DNA from: an uncultured Pseudomonadota bacterium
GTDB lineage: Bacteria; JAMCPX01
Length of the DNA stretch: 64,000 nucleotides
NCBI GenBank assembly: GCA_964547905.1
Contig: CAZJPN010000050.1
Coordinates: 11,049-75,048, forward strand
Direction of reading: 5' to 3'
Below are positions 55,433 through 64,000 of the stretch, in pieces. The notes beneath the pieces are model-generated. The model was not told the origin of the DNA, did not search any database, and saw nothing but the letters and a program-made list of their open reading frames with translations. The translations under genes were made by a program, and so were the position numbers. Every line of letters starts with the position of its first letter. Positions within the stretch are counted from its first letter, which is position 1.

Positions 55433-56968
55433 TCAAGATACATTTTGGGCAGTCAATGAAATTCCGAGCCTTGCCCTTCTCATCAGCCATGGGGTTGGTC
55501 TATACCTGGGATCACCATAAAAACTGTACAAGAAATTAAGTATATTCAGTACCTTTATTGCACCTATTCTATCACCCCATTCAAGCGGACCAAAAGGATA
55601 ACCAAGTCCCAATTTTATCGCAAGGTTTATATCTTCAGGCGATGCAATGCCCTTTTCGGCAACATTGCAGCCAATATTAACGATCATGGATAATACTCTC
55701 CCAACAACAAAGGCCGGGCTGTCATTGATTAAATCAACGGTTACACCGTCCGCACTAAAAACAACCTCTGATATATCTTTTATATGTTTCGATGTACCGG
55801 GGGTAGACATAATTGTCCTATGTTTGCCGAAATTCATAAATGTATCTACGGCGATTACCCTTTTTGGATCCAGGCTACGATTGAGTGCGATTGTTGTGGC
55901 ATCTTCAGCTATCGGCGATACAACTATAATAGAGCCTTCATTGGGTTTGTTATCCGCATCAATACCAATGCCTATCGATTTCAAATAAGAAGTTAAGATT
56001 TTATAGCCTTCGATATTGGTATTATCAACCCATACTTTTATGCCTTTGATATCTACATTCTCTTTTTTCTTGATTTGCTCCTGAATTACAGGCTTTCCAT
56101 TTTCATAGACATAAAACCCTTTGCCTGTTTTGCGTCCCAATAATCCCGCATTAAGACGCGTTTGTGCAATATATGATGGCCGAAACATTGGGTCATGATA
56201 AAATTGATTGTATATAGCCTCTGTTGCGGTGTGTGAAATATCAAGTCCGGTTAGATCGAACAGCTCGAATGGCCCCATTCTAAAACCGGCAACATCCCGT
56301 AGAATACTATCTATCTGAAAGGTATCGGTAATATTTTCGCTTACTATGGCAAGGCTTTCTGTTCCATAGGCTCTGCCTATATGGTTTACGATAAAGCCCG
56401 GAGTATCCTTTGTAAGAACAGGCGTATGTCCAATCTTTTTAGCTATTCCGACCAAAGTTTTTATCGTTCGATCCTCTGTTGCCAATCCCTTAACAACTTC
56501 CACAAGCTTCATAAGAGGTACCGGATTGAAAAAATGGAAGCCTGCTACCCTTGAAGGATTTTTGCATACAGAAGCAATCGCGGTAACCGATAGTGAAGAC
56601 GTATTTGTAGCAATAATGCATTCGTTAGAAACGATATCCTCAAGCTTCTTAAATAACTCTCTCTTTGCATTTGGATTCTCTATGATGGCCTCGACAACAA
56701 CATCGCATTGAGAAAAATCCTTCAACCCATCTGCCTTTTTTATCAAAGACATCGCTTTCTTTGCATCAGCTTCTTTTATCTTCCCCTTTGTTAAACTTTT
56801 GTTTATCATTTCCTCTATAAAATCTATTGCACTCAGAACCACTTTTGATTCGGTATCGTAAAGCAATACGTTCATACCTGAAAGCGCTGCAACCTGAGCA
56901 ATGCCTCTACCCATAGCCCCAGCGCCAACAATGCCAATGGTAAGAGTATCTTTATCATCAAAAGCCAT
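55433..56968 (-). CDS. 3-hydroxyacyl-CoA dehydrogenase family protein (NAD-binding plus C-terminal domains, 511 aa)
   Basis: IGIVGAGAMGRGIAQV Rossmann motif. 3HCDH N- and C-domain organisation. Confidence 0.8.
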   Translation of the reverse strand: MAFDDKDTLTIGIVGAGAMGRGIAQVAALSGMNVLLYDTESKVVLSAIDFIEEMINKSLTKGKIKEADAKKAMSLIKKADGLKDFSQCDVVVEAIIENPNAKRELFKKLEDIVSNECIIATNTSSLSVTAIASVCKNPSRVAGFHFFNPVPLMKLVEVVKGLATEDRTIKTLVGIAKKIGHTPVLTKDTPGFIVNHIGRAYGTESLAIVSENITDTFQIDSILRDVAGFRMGPFELFDLTGLDISHTATEAIYNQFYHDPMFRPSYIAQTRLNAGLLGRKTGKGFYVYENGKPVIQEQIKKKENVDIKGIKVWVDNTNIEGYKILTSYLKSIGIGIDADNKPNEGSIIVVSPIAEDATTIALNRSLDPKRVIAVDTFMNFGKHRTIMSTPGTSKHIKDISEVVFSADGVTVDLINDSPAFVVGRVLSMIVNIGCNVAEKGIASPEDINLAIKLGLGYPFGPLEWGDRIGAIKVLNILNFLYSFYGDPRYRPTPWLMRRARLGISLTAQNVS

Positions 56969-57027
56969 TTTAGCTCCTTTCGAATATTGATTTATTTTTT
57001 TCTATAAATTTCCCTAAAGACATTAGC

Positions 57028-58233
57028 CTACAACATTTCCACGATCATTGATATACCCTGCCCCACCCCGATACACATTGAAACAAGTCCGAATTGAATA
57101 CTATTCCTTCTCTTCATTTCGTGGAGTAATTTTGTCATGAGTATTGCACCGGTTGCACCAAGCGGGTGCCCGGCTGCTATTGCACCGCCATTGGGATTTA
57201 ATCTGGAATCAGTGTAATCCATTTTCCATTCATTCAAAACAGCCAATGACTGGGCTGCGAAGGCTTCGTTTAGTTCAATTGATTTTATATCATTTAGGGT
57301 TAATCCCGCTCTATCCAGCGCCTTCTTTGTTGCAGGTACAGGTCCTATTCCCATGATTCTTGGGGAAACACCGGCTACAGCTATGCTTTTTATCTTTGCA
57401 ATAGGCTTTAATCCATGCGCTCTGCCATACTCTTCTGATACAAGGAGAACTGCCGCGGCACCATCACTCAATTGGCTTGAGTTGCCGGCAGTAACAGTCC
57501 CATCCTTCTTGAACACGGGCTTTAACTTTGATAATTTCTCCATAGATGTATCTCTCCTTGGACCTTCATCCATTTCCGCAGCACCTTTTTTAGTTTCAAT
57601 TGGTACAATTTGATCTTTGAAAAAGCCGTTATCGATTGCCTGTACAGACCTTTGATTGCTCAATAGTGAAAATTTATCCTGTTCTTCTCTTGGAATTTTA
57701 TACATATCCGCGAGATTTTCCGCAGTCATTCCGAGCGAATCCGTGTGCCCCAAAGCTTCCATCTTTGGGTTTACGAGACGCCAGCCCAATGTTGTATCGT
57801 ATGTAGTAATATTGCCTTTTTGGAATGCTTGATCTGGTTTCGGTATTACCCATGGTGCCCTGCTCATAGATTCTACACCTCCGCCTATATAAACATCTCC
57901 CTCTCCCAGCATTATGCAGCGGGCTGCTTCGGAAATAGCTTCGAGTCCGGAACCGCACAATCTATTCACGGTGCATCCGGCAATTTCTATCGGAAATCCT
58001 GCCAAAAGCAAGCTCATACGAGCAACATTGCGATTATCCTCTCCTGCCTGGTTAGCACATCCCAAATACACATCCTCGATATCTTTTATTGCGATACCGT
58101 TTCTCTTTATTATCTCTTTTAAAACGATAGCACCAAGGTCATCCGGTCTTATAGAAGACAATATTCCGCCGTGTTTGCCTATCGGGGTTCTTACAGCATC
58201 TATAAGCCATACAATTTTTGTTATATTTTCCAT
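57028..58233 (-). CDS. Acetyl-CoA C-acyltransferase (thiolase)
   Basis: Thiolase active-site regions (…VNRLCGSGLEAI…, …NPNGGAIAAGHPLGATG…, …CIGVGQG…). Confidence 0.9.
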   Translation of the reverse strand: MENITKIVWLIDAVRTPIGKHGGILSSIRPDDLGAIVLKEIIKRNGIAIKDIEDVYLGCANQAGEDNRNVARMSLLLAGFPIEIAGCTVNRLCGSGLEAISEAARCIMLGEGDVYIGGGVESMSRAPWVIPKPDQAFQKGNITTYDTTLGWRLVNPKMEALGHTDSLGMTAENLADMYKIPREEQDKFSLLSNQRSVQAIDNGFFKDQIVPIETKKGAAEMDEGPRRDTSMEKLSKLKPVFKKDGTVTAGNSSQLSDGAAAVLLVSEEYGRAHGLKPIAKIKSIAVAGVSPRIMGIGPVPATKKALDRAGLTLNDIKSIELNEAFAAQSLAVLNEWKMDYTDSRLNPNGGAIAAGHPLGATGAILMTKLLHEMKRRNSIQFGLVSMCIGVGQGISMIVEML

Positions 58234-58389
58234 TTTACCTCCAATCTACAATAGTCTTTAGCTATAAAAAACTATAGTAGATCATGCAGGTATTGCAATA
58301 GTTTCTGTCAACTATGCAACAAAACAAATAAAAGCAACGGAACTTTTTTAAAAGGTGTTTCGTTTAATAAGGCAAGGAGGAAAGAACAA

Positions 58390-58827
58390 ATGAAAAAAAC
58401 AATTATGGCAGGTATGGCAGTCCTTATAGGACTGATGATATCGGGGAGTGTTTATGCTATGGGCCCTGGTGCATGGCAAGGTAGAGGTTTTACAGCAGTT
58501 GCAAACCTAAACATAGAGTCTGTAAAGAATTTTCTAAAAGATACTTCTGCAACACGTAATGAACTTATCATAAAACGTATTGAGCTGGTGAAAGCATACC
58601 AGGAAAAAGAAGTAAATTACGACAGGATAGCAGCGATACAAAAAGAGATTATAGACCTCAAAACAAAGATCCTTGATGCTGCACGGAAATACGGACTCGA
58701 TAAAGAGCTTGGACCATGGTTCGGCAGAATGGGACATGGCATGATGGGAAAAGGTATGAAACCTGGGATGAAAGGTATGAGACCGGGCGGCATGATGGGT
58801 TGTTCACCATGTAATACACCTCAATAA
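58390..58827 (+). CDS. Periplasmic Spy/CpxP/ZraP-like protein with a Met/Gly-rich C-terminal tail
   Basis: Signal peptide MKKTIMAGMAVLIGLMISGSVYA, a helical LTxxQ-like core, and C-terminus GRMGHGMMGKGMKPGMKGMRPGGMMGCSPC. Confidence 0.5.
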   Translation: MKKTIMAGMAVLIGLMISGSVYAMGPGAWQGRGFTAVANLNIESVKNFLKDTSATRNELIIKRIELVKAYQEKEVNYDRIAAIQKEIIDLKTKILDAARKYGLDKELGPWFGRMGHGMMGKGMKPGMKGMRPGGMMGCSPCNTPQ

Positions 58828-58866
58828 CACAACTTTGCGGTACAACTACATGGAATAAGAGTTATA

Positions 58867-58896
58867 AAGGGAAATGCTTTACCCGCGTTTCCCTTT
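58867..58896 (+). terminator. Stem-loop terminator after the Spy-like gene, overlapping the acpS stop codon
   Basis: AAAGGGAAAtgctttacccgcgTTTCCCTTT followed by ATTCTTTTGC. 9-bp stem. The acpS stop (TTA on the plus strand) lies in the loop. Confidence 0.55.
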
Positions 58897-59271
58897 ATTC
58901 TTTTGCATTACAACAACGGCAACAGCAAAATCATGCTCATGTGTCAAAGATATATTGAAACTCACATCTTTATTCTCAAGTACTGATAACTTACCGTGCA
59001 GTTTTATATCCGGCATGCCGTCAGCCCTTCTTATAACCTCTATATCCCTATAATTATAATAGCCCCTATAAATCGGTGATATTGCCTTTCTGACCGCTTC
59101 TTTGGCAGCAAATCTTGCAGCATATCGCTCCGCCTTGTACTTGAAACGCTCACAATAACTTCGTTCTGCATCTGTAAAAATCCGCTCTATAAACATCTTG
59201 CCCTTCTGTTCAAGCAATCTCTCTATACGCGAAACCTTGACAATATCGATACCGATACCCAAAGTATCCAT
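58879..59271 (-). CDS. acpS: Holo-[acyl-carrier-protein] synthase
   Basis: MDTLGIGIDIVKVSRI… N-terminus (compare E. coli MAILGLGTDIVEIARI). 4'-phosphopantetheinyl transferase fold. Start moved to the internal ATG (the ORF-track start was TTG 14 codons upstream). Confidence 0.85.
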   Translation of the reverse strand: MDTLGIGIDIVKVSRIERLLEQKGKMFIERIFTDAERSYCERFKYKAERYAARFAAKEAVRKAISPIYRGYYNYRDIEVIRRADGMPDIKLHGKLSVLENKDVSFNISLTHEHDFAVAVVVMQKNKGKRG

Positions 59272-59343
59272 GACAATATCATTCTCCACAAACTTTCTTG
59301 TTTTTAAATGCAATTTTGGAGTTAATTACGGTAATTATGAAGA

Positions 59344-60054
59344 TCATCGGGCTTTATTTGTCGGGACCGGCTTTCCAAGTTCCTGCAATACGAGTTTCAT
59401 ATCGTTCCATACAACTTTTTTCTCCTTTTCGTTGCGTAAAAGGTATGCTGGATGATACGTAGGCATAACTTTTATCCCCTTATAACTAAAGAATCTCCCT
59501 CGTAATTCAGAAATTTTCATCTGCTCGTGGAGTCCGAGTATTGCTGCCGTTGAATACCTGCCGAGCGTAACTATGACTTTTGGTTTAATAATATCTATCT
59601 GATTAAATAGATATGGCACGCATGCCGTTATTTCATCATCCATCGGCCCTCTGTTGTCAGGCGGCCTGCACTTAATAACATTCGCTATAAACACCTCTTC
59701 TCTCGTCATACCCATTGCTTTGATAATATCTGTGAGTAACTTGCCTGCCCTTCCTACAAAAGGTCTTCCCTGTTGGTCTTCATCATAGCCCGGAGCTTCG
59801 CCTATAAACATAAGTATTGCATTATAATCTCCTTCACCCGGCACCGTATGCGTCCTTGCATTGGCAAGTCTGCATTTATGACACTCTTCAACCGCGAGTC
59901 TGATATTCTCTATTGATATCTTTTTATTATCGTCATGGACGTTTAAAACAGCACTGCACTCATGTTTGGGTTGAGAAGGCATGGGAAACCCGTCATACCC
60001 GAGTTCTTTAAGGTATTGCATATATTCGACAAGTGATTCTATATGCGCCTTCAT
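59344..60054 (-). CDS. Uracil-DNA glycosylase, family 4
   Basis: GEAPGYDEDQQGRPFVGRAGKLL motif and an N-terminal 4Cys-type region (…CHKCRLA…). 236 aa. Confidence 0.85.
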   Translation of the reverse strand: MKAHIESLVEYMQYLKELGYDGFPMPSQPKHECSAVLNVHDDNKKISIENIRLAVEECHKCRLANARTHTVPGEGDYNAILMFIGEAPGYDEDQQGRPFVGRAGKLLTDIIKAMGMTREEVFIANVIKCRPPDNRGPMDDEITACVPYLFNQIDIIKPKVIVTLGRYSTAAILGLHEQMKISELRGRFFSYKGIKVMPTYHPAYLLRNEKEKKVVWNDMKLVLQELGKPVPTNKAR

Positions 60055-60220
60055 ATAAATTTAGTTTTTCACTATAAACAAAATATTAGCATGTTCAACA
60101 AAAATTACAAGAGAACGATTGAAATATTGTTTTTTAAGGTCTATACTGAAAAAAACAAAACGATTTATAAAAAGGCCTGTAGGGAAAAGAAATTATTAAT
60201 AAGGGACAACAATAATACAA

Positions 60221-62029
60221 ATGGGTATCATAAAGAAACTATCCGGTGAACTTGTCAGCAAGATAGCAGCTGGCGAGGTCATAGAAAGACCTGCATCCAT
60301 CGTAAAAGAGCTGCTTGAAAATGCAGTTGACGCTGGTGCAGATGCAATAGAAGTAGAACTCAGGAACGGCGGCATAGATCTCATACGGATTCATGATAAC
60401 GGGACTGGTATTCTAAAAGAAGACATCGAGCTTGCAGTGCAGAGGCATACTACAAGCAAGCTATACAATGAAAATGAACTTTATGAAATAGTAACACTTG
60501 GCTTCAGAGGCGAAGCACTTTATAGTATAGGTGTAATCTCTGAATTGGAGATTGTAACAGAACATAAACGTGAGGATATCGGTACCATTATCAATGTCAG
60601 GGGTGGAAATGTTGTTAACAAAGCCGAGGTTGCGCATGATACCGGTACAACGGTAACGGTATCAAACCTTTTCTTCAACACACCGGCAAGGAAGAAGTTT
60701 CTCGGCTCCCCTCAAGCCGAATACAGGGCGTGTCTGGACGTTGTAGACAGGTTTGTGTTTGGGTATAAAAATATAGGCATAGGACTCATCAACAATTCAA
60801 AAGAGGTCTTTAATATACAGCCTGCCCAGCTTGAAGCAAGAGCACTATTAAGGATAGACCAGAGGCTTAAGAACAAGTTATACGATGTTCATTTTGACAA
60901 CGGTATAATAAAGGTCGAAGGATATACATCGGATCCCGACTATAATACCAATTCTTCAAGGTATATATATCTGTTTGTTAATGGAAGATATATCATTGAT
61001 AAATCCCTTAATTACAGTATAACAAACGCATATTCGACAGCCCTTGAAAGAGGACGCTATCCTGTAGCTGTTATAAATCTTTTTATACCTCATAATTTTG
61101 TCGATGTTAACATTAACCCAACAAAAACTGCTGTAAAATTCGCCGATAGGTCAATGGTATACGATGCTGTGAGTAATGCCATAAGAGACTCGATCAATAA
61201 AAGAGCCATCGTTTATACTTCTATCGATCCCGGGCTGAATAAAAACAAATACAAAGAGGAGGTAAAAGAAGCAGTCGAGTCGTACACAACATTGCATCAG
61301 CACATCAATAATATATATAATGGATACGGCGCGTCAAAAAAAATGCAGACCGATTTTACTTCTCAATATACAAACCCTGGCATCGAGAGTGATTCTGGAA
61401 CAAGTATTCAACAGACTATTTTACAAAATGGAGAGTTCTCCTCTTTGAACATTCATGCACAATTTAATGCGACATACATCGTTGCATCATCCTCGGACAG
61501 CTTAGTGCTGATAGATCAGCATGCAATGCACGAAAGGATTATATTTGAAAAGCTTTCAAAGAACTCACAGGCAAGGCAGAGGCAATCTCAATTTCTAACG
61601 GCACCTCAGGAGATCTTTTTAAATGAAAACAGAATGAGTACTATCATGGAAATACAGGATGCTCTGGGTAAAATAGGCTATGAGCTGACAATCGGGCATA
61701 ACAGTGTGCATGTTCATGCAATACCTGCCGACACTGTATTTACACCACTGTCGCTGATAGAGCTTATAGACAACATCATGCAGAAAGATGGTTCAAGCCA
61801 TACGGAACTTACCGCTGATCAAAAAACAGATCCATTATACAAGATTATGGCAGATGTAGCATGCAAAAGTGCGGTCAGGGCAGGTGATTTTCTGCCCGTT
61901 GAAAAGATAAAGGCGCTTTTCATGCAGCTTGATCAGCTTGGCATACCGCTCAATTGTCCTCACGGCAGACCATTTGTCTTCATCCTGCCGAAAGTAGAGA
62001 TTGAAAAATTCTTTCACAGACGGGTATAA
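60221..62029 (+). CDS. mutL: DNA mismatch repair protein MutL
   Basis: GHKL ATPase motifs (…ELLENAVDAGA…, …DNGTGI…, …GFRGEAL…). C-terminal dimerisation domain. 602 aa. Confidence 0.92.
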   Translation: MGIIKKLSGELVSKIAAGEVIERPASIVKELLENAVDAGADAIEVELRNGGIDLIRIHDNGTGILKEDIELAVQRHTTSKLYNENELYEIVTLGFRGEALYSIGVISELEIVTEHKREDIGTIINVRGGNVVNKAEVAHDTGTTVTVSNLFFNTPARKKFLGSPQAEYRACLDVVDRFVFGYKNIGIGLINNSKEVFNIQPAQLEARALLRIDQRLKNKLYDVHFDNGIIKVEGYTSDPDYNTNSSRYIYLFVNGRYIIDKSLNYSITNAYSTALERGRYPVAVINLFIPHNFVDVNINPTKTAVKFADRSMVYDAVSNAIRDSINKRAIVYTSIDPGLNKNKYKEEVKEAVESYTTLHQHINNIYNGYGASKKMQTDFTSQYTNPGIESDSGTSIQQTILQNGEFSSLNIHAQFNATYIVASSSDSLVLIDQHAMHERIIFEKLSKNSQARQRQSQFLTAPQEIFLNENRMSTIMEIQDALGKIGYELTIGHNSVHVHAIPADTVFTPLSLIELIDNIMQKDGSSHTELTADQKTDPLYKIMADVACKSAVRAGDFLPVEKIKALFMQLDQLGIPLNCPHGRPFVFILPKVEIEKFFHRRV

Positions 62030-62063
62030 CCCAAAACCGGTAGCTGTTCCCATTTATTCCTGC

Positions 62064-62951
62064 TTATCTATTCAAATAATGAACAAGTTTGATGGGGAGT
62101 TTTAATATTTTTATAGTGTTTATTAATAAAAAAACAGAAATACCATCCAGCAGGTGAAAAACTATAATAAGAGATCCGGATAACGGTCTCAACTTAGGAT
62201 ATTCTCTATAAAATTGAAACAGTTTGTGCATGTTTTTATTCTCTATAAAGAAAAACTGCTTCACAAAACCAGCCAATGTTGCTCTTTTTACTATATCCAC
62301 AGCCATATGAAGATAATGTTTTGTACCTGTAAGCATATCCAATTTATTGAATTGATGTACCGTGTACAGATTACTACAAAATACCGTCCTGATTTTTTTG
62401 CCCTGTCTTATATAATGGAGGTTGTTCGTTATCTCCAGCAAATAGCCGGCGTTGTCGGGTATATCAATCTCAAGGAAATCCTTTTTCCAGAAAGCCCTTT
62501 CGCCGCCAAAATATTTCGCACAATTTGTCCAGCCCCATACCGGAGTTCTGTCACCTGCCCTGTCAAGGATCATTTGATCCACCTCTTCATGTATAACCGG
62601 CGAAATCAATGAATCCATATTTTTATGGGTTAAACCGATCAAATCAGAATCAAGCATAACAATAAGATTGCCGGTCGACTCGATCACACCCCTTTTTATT
62701 ACGCCTGTCTTACCGTTCTTTTGAGGGAGCGTGATGACCTTCAATACGGGGCAAGCCTGCTGATATGATTTTGCTATTTGTGTTGTACGATCGTCCGATC
62801 CGTCATCAACGACAAGGATCTCGTTAAACCTGCTGTAGGTTGTTACGACATCCAGAACACGCGAGATGTTCTTCTCTTCATTATATGCAGGTATAATGCA
62901 GGAGATTGTTACGTCTTCATTTGTATTCAAATCATTCACATTTATCTCCAA
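62064..62951 (-). CDS. Glycosyltransferase family 2 protein
   Basis: …SCIIPAYNEEKNISRVL… and VDDGSDDRT motifs (DXD-type GT-A fold). Confidence 0.8.
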   Translation of the reverse strand: MEINVNDLNTNEDVTISCIIPAYNEEKNISRVLDVVTTYSRFNEILVVDDGSDDRTTQIAKSYQQACPVLKVITLPQKNGKTGVIKRGVIESTGNLIVMLDSDLIGLTHKNMDSLISPVIHEEVDQMILDRAGDRTPVWGWTNCAKYFGGERAFWKKDFLEIDIPDNAGYLLEITNNLHYIRQGKKIRTVFCSNLYTVHQFNKLDMLTGTKHYLHMAVDIVKRATLAGFVKQFFFIENKNMHKLFQFYREYPKLRPLSGSLIIVFHLLDGISVFLLINTIKILKLPIKLVHYLNR

Positions 62952-63087
62952 ATTCCAGTTTATTAAATACTAAAACATGTTTTCGTTCGGATGTGAAACA
63001 AATTTTTAATTATGAGAAAACTTCATGTTTCGATATCCTGGTTTCCCAATTCTTGACTTGTTTTAAACACACATTTAATATGGAGGC

Positions 63088-63846
63088 ATGGTTAAAGTTG
63101 CTATAATAATACCCGCAAGATACAGTTCAAAGCGTCTGCCAGGAAAGCCACTCTTAAAACTTGGGAATAAAACTATCATCCAGCATGTTTACGAGAACGC
63201 AAAAGCATCGAGACTTGCTGACAGGGTGATCGTTGCCACCGATGACAGGCGTATAGAGGAAGCAGTAAGAAACTTCGGCGGAGAATGCAGAATGACACCC
63301 GAAGGCATAAAGAGCGGATCAGACAGGATAGCATACGTTGCAAAACATATAGACAGCGAACTCATAATGAACCTGCAGGGAGATGAGCCTTTCTTGAAAC
63401 CTTCTTTCTTTGACAGGGGATTAGAATTGGCACTGTCAAACAAAGACATACCGGTCGTAACGCTTGCTGCAAAGATAAAAACCATTGACGAACTCGATAA
63501 CCCGAACAATGTAAAGGTTGTAGTGGATAAGCATGGGTATGCGCTTTATTTCTCGCGTTTTCCCATTCCATTCATCCGGAACGATAAGGGAAAGCTTGTC
63601 AAAAAGATCAATGGACATTACAGACATATAGGTATCTACATATTCAGACGTAAGGTACTGCTGGAGTTCGTAAGCATGAAGCAGTCTGCACTCGAGAAAA
63701 TGGAGATGCTTGAACAATTAAGGCTGCTCGAAAATGGTTATAGGATCATGGTTGCTGTTACGGGCAATCCGCCGGCCGGCATAGATACGGCTGAAGATTT
63801 AACAAGGGCTCAGGCTTTTTTTATGAAAAAAAGGAAGGTATTATGA
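63088..63846 (+). CDS. kdsB: 3-deoxy-manno-octulosonate cytidylyltransferase (CMP-Kdo synthetase)
   Basis: [23 protein letters not shown]-terminus. 252 aa. TTGACT -35-like hexamer and GGAGG upstream. Confidence 0.9.
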   Translation: MVKVAIIIPARYSSKRLPGKPLLKLGNKTIIQHVYENAKASRLADRVIVATDDRRIEEAVRNFGGECRMTPEGIKSGSDRIAYVAKHIDSELIMNLQGDEPFLKPSFFDRGLELALSNKDIPVVTLAAKIKTIDELDNPNNVKVVVDKHGYALYFSRFPIPFIRNDKGKLVKKINGHYRHIGIYIFRRKVLLEFVSMKQSALEKMEMLEQLRLLENGYRIMVAVTGNPPAGIDTAEDLTRAQAFFMKKRKVL

Positions 63847-64000
63847 AATCAAAATTTATATTTGTTACCGGAGGAGTCGTATCGTCTCTTGGCAAGGGTA
63901 TTGCTTCGTCCTCTATCGCAGCCCTTTTACAGGCAAGAGGGCTGAATGTAACCCTGCAAAAACTTGATCCCTATATCAATGTCGACCCTGGAACAATGAA
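63843..64000 (+). CDS. pyrG: CTP synthase, N-terminal fragment (continues beyond the window end)
   Basis: [52 protein letters not shown] is the canonical PyrG N-terminus. 4-nt overlap with kdsB. Confidence 0.9.
   Translation, partial: MKSKFIFVTGGVVSSLGKGIASSSIAALLQARGLNVTLQKLDPYINVDPGTM

Overview
Bacterial chromosomal segment of about 40% GC from a diderm (Gram-negative type) organism. It is mostly minus-strand housekeeping operons with short intergenic spacers. No CRISPR array, rRNA gene or intact IS element was seen.

Gene content: a partial truA; an outer-membrane beta-barrel protein; a small GIY-YIG nuclease gene flanked by hairpin repeats; a large secreted YVTN beta-propeller protein; asd and leuB-leuD-leuC-leuA (archaeal-type short LeuC/LeuD); pssA-psd; hemL; def; a DUF4388/DnaJ/TPR protein plus an ArsA-family ATPase; a haem/sirohaem cluster (hemA-hemC-cobA/hemD with a CcsA-like protein and a SirC-like dehydrogenase); a decayed STAND/SARP regulator pseudogene; a marR plus ABC-2 exporter operon; fatty-acid beta-oxidation genes (two long acyl-CoA dehydrogenases, a thiolase, a 3-hydroxyacyl-CoA dehydrogenase); an envelope-biogenesis block (rimK, a SurA-like chaperone, bamA, tamB, an unannotated yacG, a LuxR-type response regulator, an epimerase, an acyltransferase); tRNA-Phe; ctpA-ftsB-GGDEF-pdxJ plus a cytidylate-kinase-like/BON protein; an MFS pump; polA; nnr; acpS; udg; mutL; a GT2 glycosyltransferase; kdsB; and the 5' end of pyrG.

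The most distinctive signals are repeat families, not a novel protein system:
- a ~30-nt perfect palindrome TTAACCCGAAAAATGCATTTTTCGGGTTAA sitting right after stop codons at six or more loci, one copy split by a 57-nt insertion;
- an 80-90 nt nested-palindrome MITE/REP-like element (termini TGTCATTGC...GCAATGACA) in two spacers;
- TGTCATTCCC...GGGAATCCA hairpins bracketing the GIY-YIG gene and contributing codons to neighbouring ORF tails;
- an in-frame 18-nt GTTTAAAC-centred minisatellite inside polA that also occurs in the spacer after hemL;
- degenerate 7-8 bp tandem arrays (AAGATTC/GAATCTT) at three intergenic sites.

Several perfect palindromes look like operators. One matches the FadR (TetR-family) box class upstream of an acyl-CoA dehydrogenase.

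Coordinates I placed by hand may be off by 1 nt; CDS coordinates follow the supplied ORF track unless a start was revised.
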